From positions 91,636,001 to 91,700,000 of the forward strand of contig OZ024746.1 in assembly GCA_964016885.1 (NCBI GenBank): a stretch of DNA of 64,000 nucleotides, written 5' to 3'. The stretch's first letter is position 1. Each line of letters starts with the position of its first letter. A program made the translations under genes and the position numbers. This DNA comes from Eledone cirrhosa (lineage: Eukaryota). This document shows, in pieces, positions 39,708 through 53,215 of this stretch. The notes beneath the pieces were generated by a model. The model saw nothing but the letters and a program-made list of their open reading frames with translations. It was not told where the DNA came from and did not search any database.

Positions 39708-40197
39708 GCTTGAGATCAGTGTGGAAGTCGGACCTTTGTAAAGACCTGAAGATCCGCCTCTTCATTGCTGTAGTGGAGTCTGTGCTGCTGTATGGGTCTG
39801 AGACTTGGACACTGACCAAGAAACTCACTCAGATGGTGGATGGGTGCTACACAAGAATGCTGAGGATGGCTCTGAACATTAATCAGTATACACTGAGGAT
39901 GAAGAACTCAGAGCTGTACGGGAGCCTCACAAAAGTCAGCTCAAAAGTGACACAGAGGAGACTGGGGTTAGCTGGACATGCTCACCGACATCCAGAGTTG
40001 ACACTGCACTCAGTGCTCCTGTAGGAGCCCCTACACGGACACAATGGAAGAGGGAAACCGAGGTTGACATATGTTGATGCCCTAAGGACAGACACTGGTC
40101 TCCTGGAGATGCAGGACATGGCAGCGATGATGAGGGACAGAGACCGCTGGAGAGAACACGTTCATGGATCTAGGGAATTTTACCCGCCCTAGAGTGA
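39708..40197 (+). mobile_element. 3' fragment of a second RTE-like LINE family
   Basis: KIRLFIAVVESVLLYGSETWTLT..RMLR..RRLGLAGH; in-frame TAG, then GRGKPRLTYVD..DRDRWR. Confidence 0.85.
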
Positions 40198-40199
40198 TA

Positions 40200-40639
40200 G
40201 AAATACATACACAAACATATACATACATATACATACATATATATACATACATACACATATATATACATACACATATTTACACAAACATATACATACATAT
40301 ATATACATACACAAACATACACATACATACATATATATATATATACACAAACATATACATAGATATATATACATACAAACATATACATAGATATATATAC
40401 ATACAAACATATACATAGATATATATACATACAAACATATACATAGATATATATACATACAAACATATACATAGATATATATACATACATACAAACATAT
40501 ACATAGATATAAATACATACACAAACATATATATACATATATATACATATATATATATATGCATATATATGTGTATATATGTTTTTGTATGTATATATAT
40601 GTTTGTATGTATATATATGTTTGTGTATGTATATATATC

Positions 40640-40675
<36 letters not shown>

Positions 40676-40692
40676 TACATACATACATACAC
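40200..40692. repeat. TA/CA microsatellite with 26-bp ACAAACATATACATAGATATATATAC-type units
   Basis: Visible periodicity. Confidence 0.9.
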
Positions 40693-40778
40693 ATGAATGG
40701 ACCTGTTATTTTTATCTAAAGACATTTTTTCCAATTCCATCCCACCCGTCCCCTCAGTCAATCTTATTTCTCATTCTT

Positions 40779-40814
40779 TCTTCTGATGAAGGACTGGCGT
40801 CTGAAACGTTAAGA
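40779..40814 (+). ncRNA. Minimal type I hammerhead ribozyme
   Basis: UCUU-CUGAUGA-AG-GAC UGGC GUC-U-GAAA-CGUU-AAGA; palindromic AACGUU stem III. Confidence 0.7.
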
Positions 40815-40943
40815 CCCTCTTCCTGCTATTTCAAGCATTAACCTAATATAGTCCTTCCATATACTGTAGCGATTGTGTTATTTCTGTTTACCTTTTCATC
40901 ATCATCATCATCATCGTTTAACGTCCATCTTCCACGCTAGCAT

Positions 40944-40977
<34 letters not shown>

Positions 40978-40989
40978 AAGCTTATAGAC

Positions 40990-43197
40990 AATACCGAAGC
41001 TGATGCATATAGACAATATGCCCCCACACCCTCCCACTGCAAAGTGGTCGTGGAGGTGCCACACCAAAAAAGCACCCAGCCCACACCGTAAAGTGGTCGT
41101 GGAGGTGCCACACCAAAAAGCACCCAGCCCACACCGTAAAGTGGTCGTGGAGGTGCCACAGCAAAAAAGCACCCAGCCCACACTGTAAAGTGGTCGTGGA
41201 GGTGCCACAGCAAAAAAGCACCCAGCCCACACCGTAAAGTGGTCGTGGAGGTGCCACAGCAAAAAAGCACCCAGCCCACACCGTAAAGTGGTCGTGGAGG
41301 TGCCACAGCAAAAAAGCACCCAGCCCACACCGTAAAGTGGTCGTGGAGGTGCCACGGCAAAAAAGCACCCAGCCCACACTGTAAAGTGGTCGTGGAGGTG
41401 CCACGGCAAAAAAGCACCCAGCCCACACTGTAAAGTGGTCGTGGAGGTGCCACAGCAAAAAAGCACCCAGCCCACACTGTAAAGTGGTCGTGGAGGTGCC
41501 ACAGCAAAAAAGCACCCAGCCCACACTGTAAAGTGGTCGTGGAGGTGCCACAGCAAAAAAGCACCCAGCACTCACTGTAAAGTGGTCGTGGAGGTGCCAC
41601 AGCAAAAAAGCACCCAGCACTCACTGTAAAGTGGTCGTGGAGGTGCCACGGTAAAAAAGCACCCAGCCCACACCGTAAAGTGGTCGTGGAGGTGCCACAG
41701 CAAAAAAGCACCCAGCCCACACTGTAAAGTGGTCGTGGAGGTGCCACAGCAAAAAAGCACCCAGCCCACACCGTAAAGTGGTCGTGGAGGTGCCACAGCA
41801 AAAAAGCACCCAGCCCACACCGTAAAGTGGTCGTGGAGGTGCCACAGCAAAAAAGCACCCAGCCCACACCGTAAAGTGGTCGTGGAGGTGCCACGGCAAA
41901 AAAGCACCCAGCCCACACTGTAAAGTGGTCGTGGAGGTGCCACGGCAAAAAAGCACCCAGCCCACACTGTAAAGTGGTCGTGGAGGTGCCACAGCAAAAA
42001 AGCACCCAGCCCACACTGTAAAGTGGTCGTGGAGGTGCCACAGCAAAAAAGCACCCAGCCCACACTGTAAAGTGGTCGTGGAGGTGCCACAGCAAAAAAG
42101 CACCCAGCACTCACTGTAAAGTGGTCGTGGAGGTGCCACAGCAAAAAAGCACCCAGCACTCACTGTAAAGTGGTCGTGGAGGTGCCACGGTAAAAAAGCA
42201 CCCAGCCCACACCGTAAAGTGGTCGTGGAGGTGCCACAGCAAAAAAGCACCCAGCCCACACTGTAAAGTGGTCGTGGAGGTGCCACAGCAAAAAAGCACC
42301 CAGCCCACACTGTAAAGTGGTCGTGGAGGTGCCACGGTAAAAAAGCACCCAGCACTCACTGTAAAGTGGTCGTGGAGGTGCCACAGCAAAAAAGCACCCA
42401 GCCCACACTGTAAAGTGGTCGTGGAGGTGCCACGGTAAAAAAGCACCCAGCACTCACTGTAAAGTGGTCGTGGAGGTGCCACGGTAAAAAAGCACCCAGC
42501 CCACACTGTAAAGTGGTCGTGGAGGTGCCACAGCAAAAAAGCACCCAGCACTCACTGTAAAGTGGTCGTGGAGGTGCCACGGTAAAAAAGCACCCAGCCC
42601 ACACCGTAAAGTGGTCGTGGAGGTGCCACAGCAAAAAAGCACCCAGCCCACACTGTAAAGTGGTCGTGGAGGTGCCACAGCAAAAAAGCACCCAGCCCAC
42701 ACTGTAAAGTGGTCGTGGAGGTGCCACGGTAAAAAAGCACCCAGCACTCACTGTAAAGTGGTCGTGGAGGTGCCACGGTAAAAAAGCACCCAGCACTCAC
42801 TGTAAAGTGGTCGTGGAGGTGCCACAGCAAAAAAGCACCCAGCCCACACTGTAAAGTGGTCGTGGAGGTGCCACGGTAAAAAAGCACCCAGCACTCACTG
42901 TAAAGTGGTCGTGGAGGTGCCACAGCAAAAAAGCACCCAGCCCACACTGTAAAGTGGTCGTGGAGGTGCCACAGCAAAAAAGCACCCAGCACTCACTGTA
43001 AAGTGGTCGTGGAGGTGCCACGGTAAAAAAGCACCCAGCACTCACTGTAAATGAGGTTGGTGTTAGGAAGGGCATCCAGCTGTAGAAATCAAACCAAAAT
43101 CAGTTCCTGTATGAGCAAGGCATTGCCCCCACAACAGGACAACCCGTCTAACCCATGCTAGCATGGAAGAACGGACGTAAAATGGTGATGATGATGA
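40990..43197 (+). repeat. RTE 3' UTR with a 49-bp tandem array (~41 copies, ~41035-43050)
   Basis: Unit AAAGTGGTCGTGGAGGTGCCACAGCAAAAAAGCACCCAGCCCACACTGT; flanks match RTE 21880-21920 and 22020-22187. Confidence 0.96.
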
Positions 43198-44835
43198 TTA
43201 TATATCATAAACAACGCTATATGTTCCAGAATCTCAATTATATTTTAAAACTCACTGTAGATATTTTTAAGGAAGAGTTTTATAAAAAGGATCATTGATG
43301 TTTTGGGAGAGGAGAAGCAACAGTGTTTGAGGGAAGCAGGGGTGAGGGAAGCAGGGGTGAGGAAATGGAGTTAAACTCGAAAAACCTGTATTGTAATAAA
43401 ACTTAAAGCGTTCATCTTTCCTTTCTACTACAAAGGAAGCAGCAGTGGCTAGGAGAATGACACCGACTTAATGTAAAGAATCAAAGTTACCATAAAATAC
43501 ATCCTTGCTGATAACATTGTCAAAGAGAAGAAGAAGAAGAAAAAAGTCAAAGAATTCGAAACAACAGTAACAATAACAAAGAAACAGACTTCAAAATAAC
43601 TGCAATGTTTCAAATATTTTTGAATGTTGTTTCAGCGAGGACTCTCACCCCCACCTCCACACACACACCCAAAAAGACAGACTAAAAGAGATTCTGTCAT
43701 ATACTAACCATATTTTTAGATGTTATAAGAGACAGAATCTGATGAAAAATCAATTCTAAATTAAAATCATTTCATTTTGCTGAGATTTTTTTGGGTCTTT
43801 TTTAACATCGACAAAGAAGAAAAAAAAATAATGCATCAGATATTTTTATTCTCTTTTATTATTATTATTATTATTATCATTATTATTATTATTATTATTA
43901 TTGAAGTGATTCTTATCAGTGGGTATGAATAATTCATGCTCATTCAAGACACTGCTTCCGTTGGAACTCTGATAAACAGGAATCAAAGTTGAGAAATTTT
44001 CTAAGAAACAATCAAGTGAACACTATAGTCTTTAGTTATGTTTTAGTGGTTCTGTTTCTTCCAACACTGCCACCACTTGGACCATTCTTTCACTAGAATT
44101 GATTCTCTTCTAAAGAATCCTAAAATGCTAAGCTAAACATATTAGGAATATGAAACAAAAAATGTTTATCAATCCGTTGTATTTTATTATTTATTCATTT
44201 ATTTGTCTCATTTATTTATTATTCGCTTTACCAATTTTTGAAAAAAAGAAATGTCTTTTAGCTATATCTTATAGCTGAATGGTTTGGACAGCTGTATCAA
44301 GTGGAATATTTATATAAATTCTTGGTGCAACATATTTTTCATTTTTTTTTTCTTTCTTGTTTATATTATTGCTAAATGCTGTTGCTAACACAAACTAGAG
44401 AAGAAAGGGGAAACTGTATTTATTTTTCAGTCTGACTTAAGAAATAAGAGGTGGCAAATTGGTAGGGTCTTTAGAGGATTAGACTTGGAAGTATATATCT
44501 TGGAGTATTCCAGATACATGTGTTATGAATTTAAATCTTATGGAGGTCAACTTTGCTTTTCATCATTTCAAGGTCAATCAAGCACCAGTCCAGGGTAGTA
44601 GACTGTCAGAATCATTACAGCATCAAAGAGAATCCCTTGTGATATTTGTTCTGCCTTTGATTAGAGTCTCAGACAGAATACCAGATGACATTTGTCCCAA
44701 CTCTTTGTGTTTTCAGCTGAAATCTTGCTGTAACCTATTTAGCAGGCTTAACCCTTTTGATAACAAACTGCCTGAAACAATCCCTCATTCTATGATACAG
44801 TGTTTGTTTTTTTAAAGAGTTTATATTAAACTAAA

Positions 44836-45631
44836 AACCTTCATATCTGACCAGAGTTCTCTCACCTCTTTCTGTCCAAACAAAATCTCATAGATTTAAT
44901 ATTATGTGAGATATTATGTGAGGTAAAGCCTTTACCATGAAAAAACAATAGTAAATATAGAGTAATGTAAATGTTATGTGAGATATTATGTGAGGTAAAG
45001 CCTTTACCATGAAAAAACAATAGTAAATATAGAGTAATGTAAATGTTATGTGAGATATTATGTGAGGTAAAGCCTTTACCATGAAAAAACAATAGTAAAT
45101 ATAGAGTAATGTAAATGTTATGTGAGATATTATGTGAGGTAAAGCCTTTACCATGAAAAAACAATAGTAAATATAGAGTAATGTAAATGTTATGTGAGAT
45201 ATTATGTGAGGTAAAGCCTTTACCATGAAAAAACAATAGTAAATATAGAGTAATGTAAATGTTATGTGAGATATTATGAGGTAAAGCCTTTACCATGAAA
45301 AAACAATAGTAAATATAGAGTAATGTAAATGTTATGTGAGATATTATGTGAGGTAAAGCCTTTACCATGAAAAAACAATAGTAAATATAGAGTAATGTAA
45401 ATGTTATGTGAGATATTATGTGAGGTAAAACCTTTACTGTGAAAATACAATAGTAAATATAGAGTAATGTAAATGTTATGTGAGATATTATGTGAGGTAA
45501 AGCCTTTACCATGAAAAAACAATAGTAAATATAGAGTAATGTAAATGTTATGTGAGATATTATGTGAGGTAAAGCCTTTACTGTGAAAATACAATAGTAT
45601 ATATAGAGTAATGTATATGGTAAAGGGTTAA
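44836..45631. repeat. piggyBac-like MITE with a 72-bp tandem array (~10 copies)
   Basis: Unit is the MITE internal segment; right end AAAGGGTTAA retained. Confidence 0.93.
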
Positions 45632-45911
45632 AGGTGTCTTTTTTGTCCTCTCACCAGGGTCATAAGCACTGTCCTTCACCTTGATAAGTACTTAGTAAGA
45701 AATAGGGCTGTCAATTCACTCAACTGTACAAACTCATCTGCCTTATGTAAGAAATTATTTATAAAACACTGGATTTCCTCTTTTTTTTTTTTGCCAATAA
45801 TTTGGTTGTGCTCATGGCAATTATAGGCCCTACAAGATGGAGCAATTGTCTGTAACATACACAAACTCCCCTGTGCCTCAAGTATATATATTAAAAGTAC
45901 AATCATCATAA

Positions 45912-46082
45912 GGGTGGTGAATTGATGAATAAAATGTTTTGAGGGATTTAGTTCCTGCAAAATTCAACTTTGCCTTTAATCCTACCGGAGTCTATAAAAT
46001 AAAGTAGCAGTTAAATACTGAGGTCAATATAATGACCTTTCCCCCAAATTAGTGGCCTTGCACTAATGTTAGAAAGAATTAT
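45912..46082 (+). mobile_element. Degenerate SINE family A
   Basis: Core TTTGCCTTTAATCC..ATAAAATAAAGTAGCAG. Confidence 0.6.
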
Positions 46083-47195
46083 TTTTCTACATTGTTGTCA
46101 ACAGGTCAGTGATCTATAGCATTACTAACCTGTCCCAACCTCTGATAAAAATATTCTAACCCTTCATCTTTAGCCACTTATTCTTGAGAGGGTCATGAAG
46201 GCAGAGTCCTCAAACACTCCTTTTAGCAAGTCCTGTCAGAAGCAACTGTCTCTAACTGATCTGGCTGGATCCCCAACGAGACCAGCCAAGCTCATGGATG
46301 TTATCAAACCATCTTGCTCAGGGTCTACTCCTGAGTCTCCTGCCGGTTGGTTTTGCCTGCAATTCTTAGGGCATAGTTGATCTGTTAGAAATAATAATCT
46401 AATTTCTCTCAACTCAATCCTATCATCTTAAAAAAGGTGTGACATATTGGAGTACACCTGACATACAAAATGACGCAATGGTCAAAACTGGACTGATTTT
46501 GATTATAGGTCTCCTGCGAGAACACAACTGACCTAGGCCTAAAAACAACATACATGAAGGCGACAATGAATAATGAACTTTCAAGGGACAGGGTGAGGGC
46601 TTGCAATGTTACAATGAAAGATATCCTCTAGAAGAGATAAAGATCAATAAACTACAGTGTATGTTACTTCAACATCAAGGGTCACTCTAAAAGCTTATGG
46701 AATATACAAGTAGATTGCTTGAAACAAATAAATACAAAGATTATTTTTTAACATGTAGAAATTAAGACAAACCTGATTTGACCTTTGACATTCTGTTTGA
46801 ATGACATTAGTGGCATGGAGAGGGAAGATCTGCATACAGAAGTGATTGTCTTCCCCAGGCCTGCACCTTGGAGAGGAACTCTCCAGGGGTAAAACCATCA
46901 TTGCACAAAAGATACAGAGGCCACGCACATGTAGACACACACACATAATGTGCACATGCAGACACACACATACACACACACATATAATATGTACATGCAG
47001 TCACAAATGAATTGGCATTAGGAAGTTGATCCAGTTGTAGAAACCATACCAAAATGAAATGTATCTGTGCAATGAAATGTATGATGAAGGAGAGAGGTAG
47101 ATCAAATTAAGTACTGACTTGGTTTCAACTTATCCAACACATGCCAGCAAGGAAAAGCAAAGTGAAGATGATAATATATATATATAAATATATAT

Positions 47196-47454
47196 GGAGG
47201 CACATGGCTTAGTGGTTAGAGCATTGGCCTTGCAATCGAAAGGTTGTGAGTTCAATTCTCAGACCGGGTGATATGTTGTTTCCTTGAACTTTATTTCACA
47301 TTGCTCCAGTTTACTCAGCTGTAGAAATGACATGATAGGGACCGGGGTCCCTATCATTCCACTGCAAAGCTGTAGAAATCAAGCCAGAATCAGTTCCCGT
47401 CCCACCCTTGCAAGCAGGGAAAAGCGGACGTAAAATGATGATGACGATGATGAT
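47196..47454 (+). mobile_element. CORE-type SINE (internally deleted)
   Basis: Head nearly identical to the 23277 copy; (GAT)n tail. Confidence 0.85.
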
Positions 47455-47751
47455 ATATATATATGACAAAAGTGGCCAGTCCACACTGTAAAGTAATTGG
47501 TGTTAGGAAGGGCATCTAGCCATAGAAACCTAGCCAAAATCAGTTCTGTGTGAGTAAATTATGGTCCCCCCACCCAATATCTCACAAAAGGACAGCCCGT
47601 CCTACCCATGCTAGCATGGAAGGTGGGTGTTAAACGATGATATATATATATATTTATATGTATAGTGAGTGGATTTCTGAAGGGTATCAAAAGGTGACCA
47701 CAGTTAAAAAAAGGTACTCAATATGTTGGTAAGCATCTTTATTTTATATAG

Positions 47752-47855
47752 AAATGACTTTTACAGGACTACAACTGTTTTATTCATATGAAATTATGAG
47801 GAATGTCCTGATGATTTCATATGAATGAAACAGTTCTAGTCCTGTAGAAGTCATT
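47752..47855. other. Fold-back relic with a degenerate hammerhead core
   Basis: 47752-47800 is inverted at 47807-47855; CUGAUGA-UUUC AUAU GAAU-GAAAC...GUC on +; stem I partner not evident. Confidence 0.45.
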
Positions 47856-48110
47856 ATATATATATATAATTATGTTACAGACAGTTCAAGCAGCAACTTT
47901 ACAACTTTCCACAACTAAAGTCATACCTGATACCTTCAATGTTGGTACCAGAAGCCCTTCAAAAGGAACCCCAAAATCAGTGATAGCCGTTATGATTTCT
48001 CCTTTCTTGGGGAGTTCCATTTGTCTCCAGTTCCAAAATAATGGCACCTTGATTATTGTCCTGACAGTAGCAATACTTCCAACATTTTTCCTGATCAATA
48101 GGACAATCAG

Positions 48111-48312
48111 GGCAGTGGATTGGCAGAATCGATAGAGCATCAGACAATGATCAACACCCCATTACGATCAAAGTTCAAATCCCACCGAGGTTAACTTTAC
48201 CTTTCATCCTTACGGAATCGATAAAATAAAGTACCAGTAATGTACTTGGGTGAATTTAATTCATTTTACCCCCACCAAAAAAATTGTTGGCCTTGTACCT
48301 AAATCAGAAACA
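48111..48312 (+). mobile_element. SINE family A
   Basis: Family match. Confidence 0.8.
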
Positions 48313-49069
48313 AATATGAGACTTAAGCTTCTCTTGTAGATGTCTTTGAAATGGAGCTTGGTACTCCTTGAGAAGCTAACTAAAGAGCCTCCGTTTCACA
48401 ATCTTTTACATTTGACATGGCTTAGCTATTTGTAATTGTCATTTACACAGGATTAATAACAATCTTAGCAGTTGCACCAACTGCAACACTTCCATGGTGA
48501 TTATATCATTCCCAAGGAAGTCATATGGCCCCGTAACTCCCGAGGAAGTCGTAGAGGAGCACCAGAACTCCCGAGGGAGTTGTAAGGGAACACTGTATTG
48601 ACATACAGTATATCTTAGGGCATTGTTAAACCCAGTAGCGCCCCATCTCCTTTCCAGGTTTGAATACAGCAAATTTATTCCAGAAAAGGATAGAGAGTGA
48701 AAGAAAAGAAGTAAGAAAGAGATATAGAGGAAGTATCGACACCAGTATTTGACTGGTATTTTATTTATCAACCTTAAATGGATGAAAGACAAATAATCAC
48801 CTTTTCGTGATTGCTGAATGAGTAGTCCATGATTGGGAACCAATCCTAAGGAAAGTACTGACAATGATAACAATAAAATAGGTAGTTTTATATCATAGAA
48901 CCAAAGGTGAATCAGCAACTAACAGATTAATCTTGTCTTCTACTGAGAGATTTATCTAAGATTGGAATTTGTAAATCAAATTATTAAATCAAATTTAAGT
49001 AAACTTTGCTAAGAATTTCAACTACACAAATTTAAAGTACATCTGTGTTTCTGATAAGATAAAACACAA

Positions 49070-49222
49070 TAGCTCTACAAGGAGTACTTGACAAAGACAT
49101 TAATAGCTAGAGGAGTACCTGACATTAAGAGCTCTAGAAGGAGTACCTGACAAAGAAAGGAGTACCTGACATTAATAGCTCTAGGAGCACCCGACATTAA
49201 TAGCTCTACAAGGAGTACCTGC
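49070..49222. repeat. Degenerate ~27-bp tandem repeat (GGAGTACCTGACATTAATAGCTCTA)
   Basis: About 5-6 imperfect units. Confidence 0.75.
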
Positions 49223-49914
49223 AGGTTATTTCAGAGATAAAGTAGTTAATATTTACACTTCACCTTTTGAAGATAATCTCTGTAAAATATTGATTTGTTG
49301 ACTGATTGATATAGTGCACTGTTATCTGAACATTTGATTGATATTCCAAGCTGTGGTTACCTGGTCTTTATTGTTTTGTGGGAGTCTCTAATCTGAACCC
49401 CTGAGTTCAATGAAAGAGATTTTGACATGTTGAATGACTTGACATATCTTTGATGATTGATTATAAGTAGGGATCTAATTTCTTGAAAAACCAATATCTA
49501 AGTATTTCTATATATTGCATTCCTAGATGAGTTAGTACTTATACATTTTAGAAAACATCTAAAATACGTTCATTGATAAACATTTCTCTAAAAAATATTT
49601 ATATTTCAAATGTGTAAAACAGGTAAAACTAATTTAGTAAAAACATGAAAAATATTTGACAACTGCTTAAAAGGTACCATCAAACGACGAATATTTGTGA
49701 TAATAAGTGAAAGGTGTGTACTATATACACACGCACATCACTCAACCTTCCTTCCTTGATCATTTTGGGAACTAAATTTAACTTTTATAGGAAATCAATC
49801 CTAACGAAGTAGTTACAAACGTTAGTTATCTTCAGCCTTCTCAGCTTTTATTGCTGTCAACACACTATATAGAATTATTTCTTTATTTTTATTACTATTT
49901 TTCTCATAACAAAA

Positions 49915-50095
49915 TAATTTTTGATTTAGGCACAAGGCCAGCAATTTGTGGGGAAGGAGAAGTGAATTATATCGATCGTTCAGTACTTGACTGCTACTTT
50001 ATTTTATCAGTCCCGGAAGGATGAAAAGCAAATTTGAACTCAGAACGTAAAGGGTCGTAACTCGGTGTCTCAAAACAATTGGTCCATTGCTCTAA
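49915..50095 (-). mobile_element. SINE family A
   Basis: Family match. Confidence 0.75.
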
Positions 50096-52943
50096 ATACT
50101 TCGCTGCAGTGTCATTAAATGTTGTCTTGTAACTGCTGTGACACTCGCAAGATCGTTATTTAAATGTCAGTGTCCTTTTTGTCATTTGCTGACGGGAGAA
50201 AGATCTCTAATACAAAATGCCTTTTACAAGGTAGGCAATGTCAAAAGAAAATTAAGTTTGATGTCACACAGTCTAATGCTACCGATTCCATCTAGCGAAT
50301 TAGAGAAAAATGTGAGAAATATGTTGGTTTGTTTTATTGTTTGTTTCAAACGTAACCGTCGGAGACAATGTCATCTAATTAGAGGTAAATAACCTTTTAT
50401 GAGAAAGGAAAAAGGAGAGAAATTTTGAGAGAATAAGTAAATTAGTGGAAGATAAACTAGAAGAGAGTCGTTCTAGAAGGAGTGTTAGTATAAATGTTTA
50501 TAACACGTAAAGGAACATACAACATAAGGTTTCGATGTCTTCAGATACATTTTCATAATACACAATCACATGCACTTACACAGCATCAGCAGATAATATA
50601 TCTGAGTGTGGGTATATTTGTGAACGTGAATTTAAGGGTGTATATATTTGTGGATGTGTGTGTGTGTGTGTATTATTAGTACAGATTAAAAGTTTAAGCA
50701 ATGAATTTCTGCTTTCACCCTAAGCAGAATCAAAATAATTATTTGCTTTACGAGTTTTTATATAATTATTTATATATATATATCTATATATATATATATA
50801 TATAGATATATACACACACACACACACACAACCGTTGTCGAGACCTCTCTGGATTTTGATCTTCGTATTTATTACTATATATATGTCATTGTGTTAGTAT
50901 AGTGTATGTATGTATGTATATATATATATCTATATATATAAATACACACACACAATGACAATATATTGCTATACATATTACATGCTACACATATTACAAC
51001 CGTAAAAATGCAAACACATGTACACTCACACAATAATTATACGAAGCCCACACAAATACATCTACATTTACCAATTTACTTTTTATTTATTAAGAGGGAA
51101 TTATTATGTTTTTATGTGTTTACAGTCTTCCCCATCCATTATAATTTTGAAGAATGTACACGGTTGAATAATATTTCGTTAAATACCGGAATAAATTCCA
51201 ACCTAAGTGAAACATTTCTACATTAAAGCCGATTCTGTCACGAGTATTTAGATTAGATGTAACCATTTTTGACAGAAGTGTCATCTAGACACAACAGTCT
51301 GTGACCTGTCATTTAAAAGGTACAATAATTCTGATAAACTGTTATCTATATATATAGTTAACTAGTAAGGTTACCATATATTTCACAAAGTAATGCTTTA
51401 ATACATACATAAACAGATATTCTGGGACATTGTTCAATGTACACACGTATATAATAATATTTACATGTGCTAGCAAGTGAGTGGTTTTGAAACGTATTAC
51501 AGGTGCACTAAAACTTTCCTGACAATGTTGTTGTTGTTTTAGGGAGGAAAGGATTCCATTTTAGAAATTCAACAAGTACTTCTGTGGTTGTGGCCACTAG
51601 ACGTGAACTAAATTTGAACTCTGACCGACAGCCACCTTTACAGTCGCTCCTTGACCACATCGGTTCTCATAGAAGAATCGGAAATAGAAAAGGGAGTTTG
51701 AAAGTGAGAGGAAAATAAATATTTCAAATTACATTTTTTTCCTTCTTTCCTCGCCGTGAAGATAAAAAGAGATAAAGGAGTTGAATAGAAGCAAGGGACG
51801 GGAGAGAAAAAGGTATAAGTGGTAATTTAATCTAACAAGATAGTCCGGAGTTAACGGTCATTTGTAGTTAGTATCGTGTAAGGGGAGATATGAGAAGCAA
51901 TCGCCATGACGATGGAGAAAGGGATTCGTGTCGCCTTCACCCATTATATTGACTTTAAAGAACACCAGACATGGTGTGCTGATATATTTAACAGCTGGTC
52001 CACTAAACCAACTCGGCCTGATTTTTTTTAAAGCCCTGGCAGTTTTAGTTTTTGTGTTGGTGTTAGGTGGAGCGTATAAGAAATAGATTCCCACTCGACC
52101 GGATTATGCAATTCGATAAACGATTGCGAAAATTATTGCAAATCAAAGATGAATTTACTAGAATTTTAAACGATTAGAAAAAGAAGAAAAAAATTAAAAT
52201 GTTAAAACTTTGTACATAAATGAAAAATAGATTTACAAAAACAATTGAAAATTTTCTTTCTTATCCGAGACAAATGCTTGCATTTTTTTCTCATTTTCCT
52301 TAAATGTTTGTTTACTTATCGTTCCAATCGTTTTGACAATGACAATAATAATAATCTTCTATATAATTACAATAATAATATATTAGGTGGGATGTATTTG
52401 TGTGGAACGTCTGCTTTTCTAATCGGGGGACTGTCCTGTTCCAATGGAAATAACAACCCTAATTGAGGAATAAAACTTCTCTCTCCATCCGTTAACAATC
52501 TTGGTCATCATTACAATTTCTTCTCTCTTTCCTTTCATTTTTTTACTCCCACTAAATCGGAAAGAAAAAAGGGGGCTGCGATACTATGGTACGAAATACT
52601 TTTATTATCAAATTGTTTGTGAGGGGAGGGGGGAGGGGTTCTCGTCTTTAAATCAAATTGCTTATTAAAAAAATAAAAAAAGGACAGTCAAATGTCCAAA
52701 AAATAGGACGGAGTATATATAACAAGGGAGGTTGGGAAACCAAATTAATATAATAAACAAGAGATAAAGCGGGAGAAAATATCACAAGGAAGGAAAGAAC
52801 GAGGAGGCGAAAGCATGCTATATATGTGTGTCTGTATATATATATATATATATACATCTATATATATACATATATAAGTATGTATGTGTGTGTAAGCCGA
52901 TGTCTGTAACATGTATACAAATATATACAGAAAATAGGCTTAC

Positions 52944-52989
52944 CGTGAAAATACCCAAACACTATAATAAAAGTTATGATAGCTTTCAT
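52944..52989 (-). CDS. Putative first-exon ORF MKAIITFIIVFGYFH (signal-peptide-like or uORF), phase-1 donor
   Basis: ATG at 52989 in GGCATG context; donor CACG|GTAAGC; immediately downstream of GC boxes. Confidence 0.4.
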
Positions 52990-53084
52990 GCCTCACTTGT
53001 TCCCAAGCTTCATCTGGACTCCAGGAAATGCAGCTAAATCCTAATGTTTACTACTGTGTTGTAGTTAACGTGAATGGAGATGAG

Positions 53085-53215
53085 AGCAGTGCGCGAAACA
53101 AGATAGAACGGTGGGCGGAGTTGTGAGGGGGATATAAGGAAGAAGTGAGCAAGGCTATGACATTGAGTGACGGCAAGAAGGCGGGCCTAGTCTCTGTTGA
53201 AGAGCGAGCCGGTGA
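53085..53215. promoter_or_regulatory. Candidate promoter with GC boxes
   Basis: GGTGGGCGGAG near 53110, AGGCGGGCC near 53179, GATATAAG near 53131; locally CpG-enriched unique DNA next to a candidate first exon. Confidence 0.5.

Noticed and set aside
43700-44125. Minus-strand exon candidates near 43709-43755 and 44119
   Set aside because: Weak or ambiguous splice sites, with an early stop in the 44119 candidate; cannot be supported without RNA data
47872-48140. ORFs on both strands as a host exon
   Set aside because: No recognisable domain; the + strand loosely resembles a degraded CR1/L2 C-terminus and the ORFs run into a SINE
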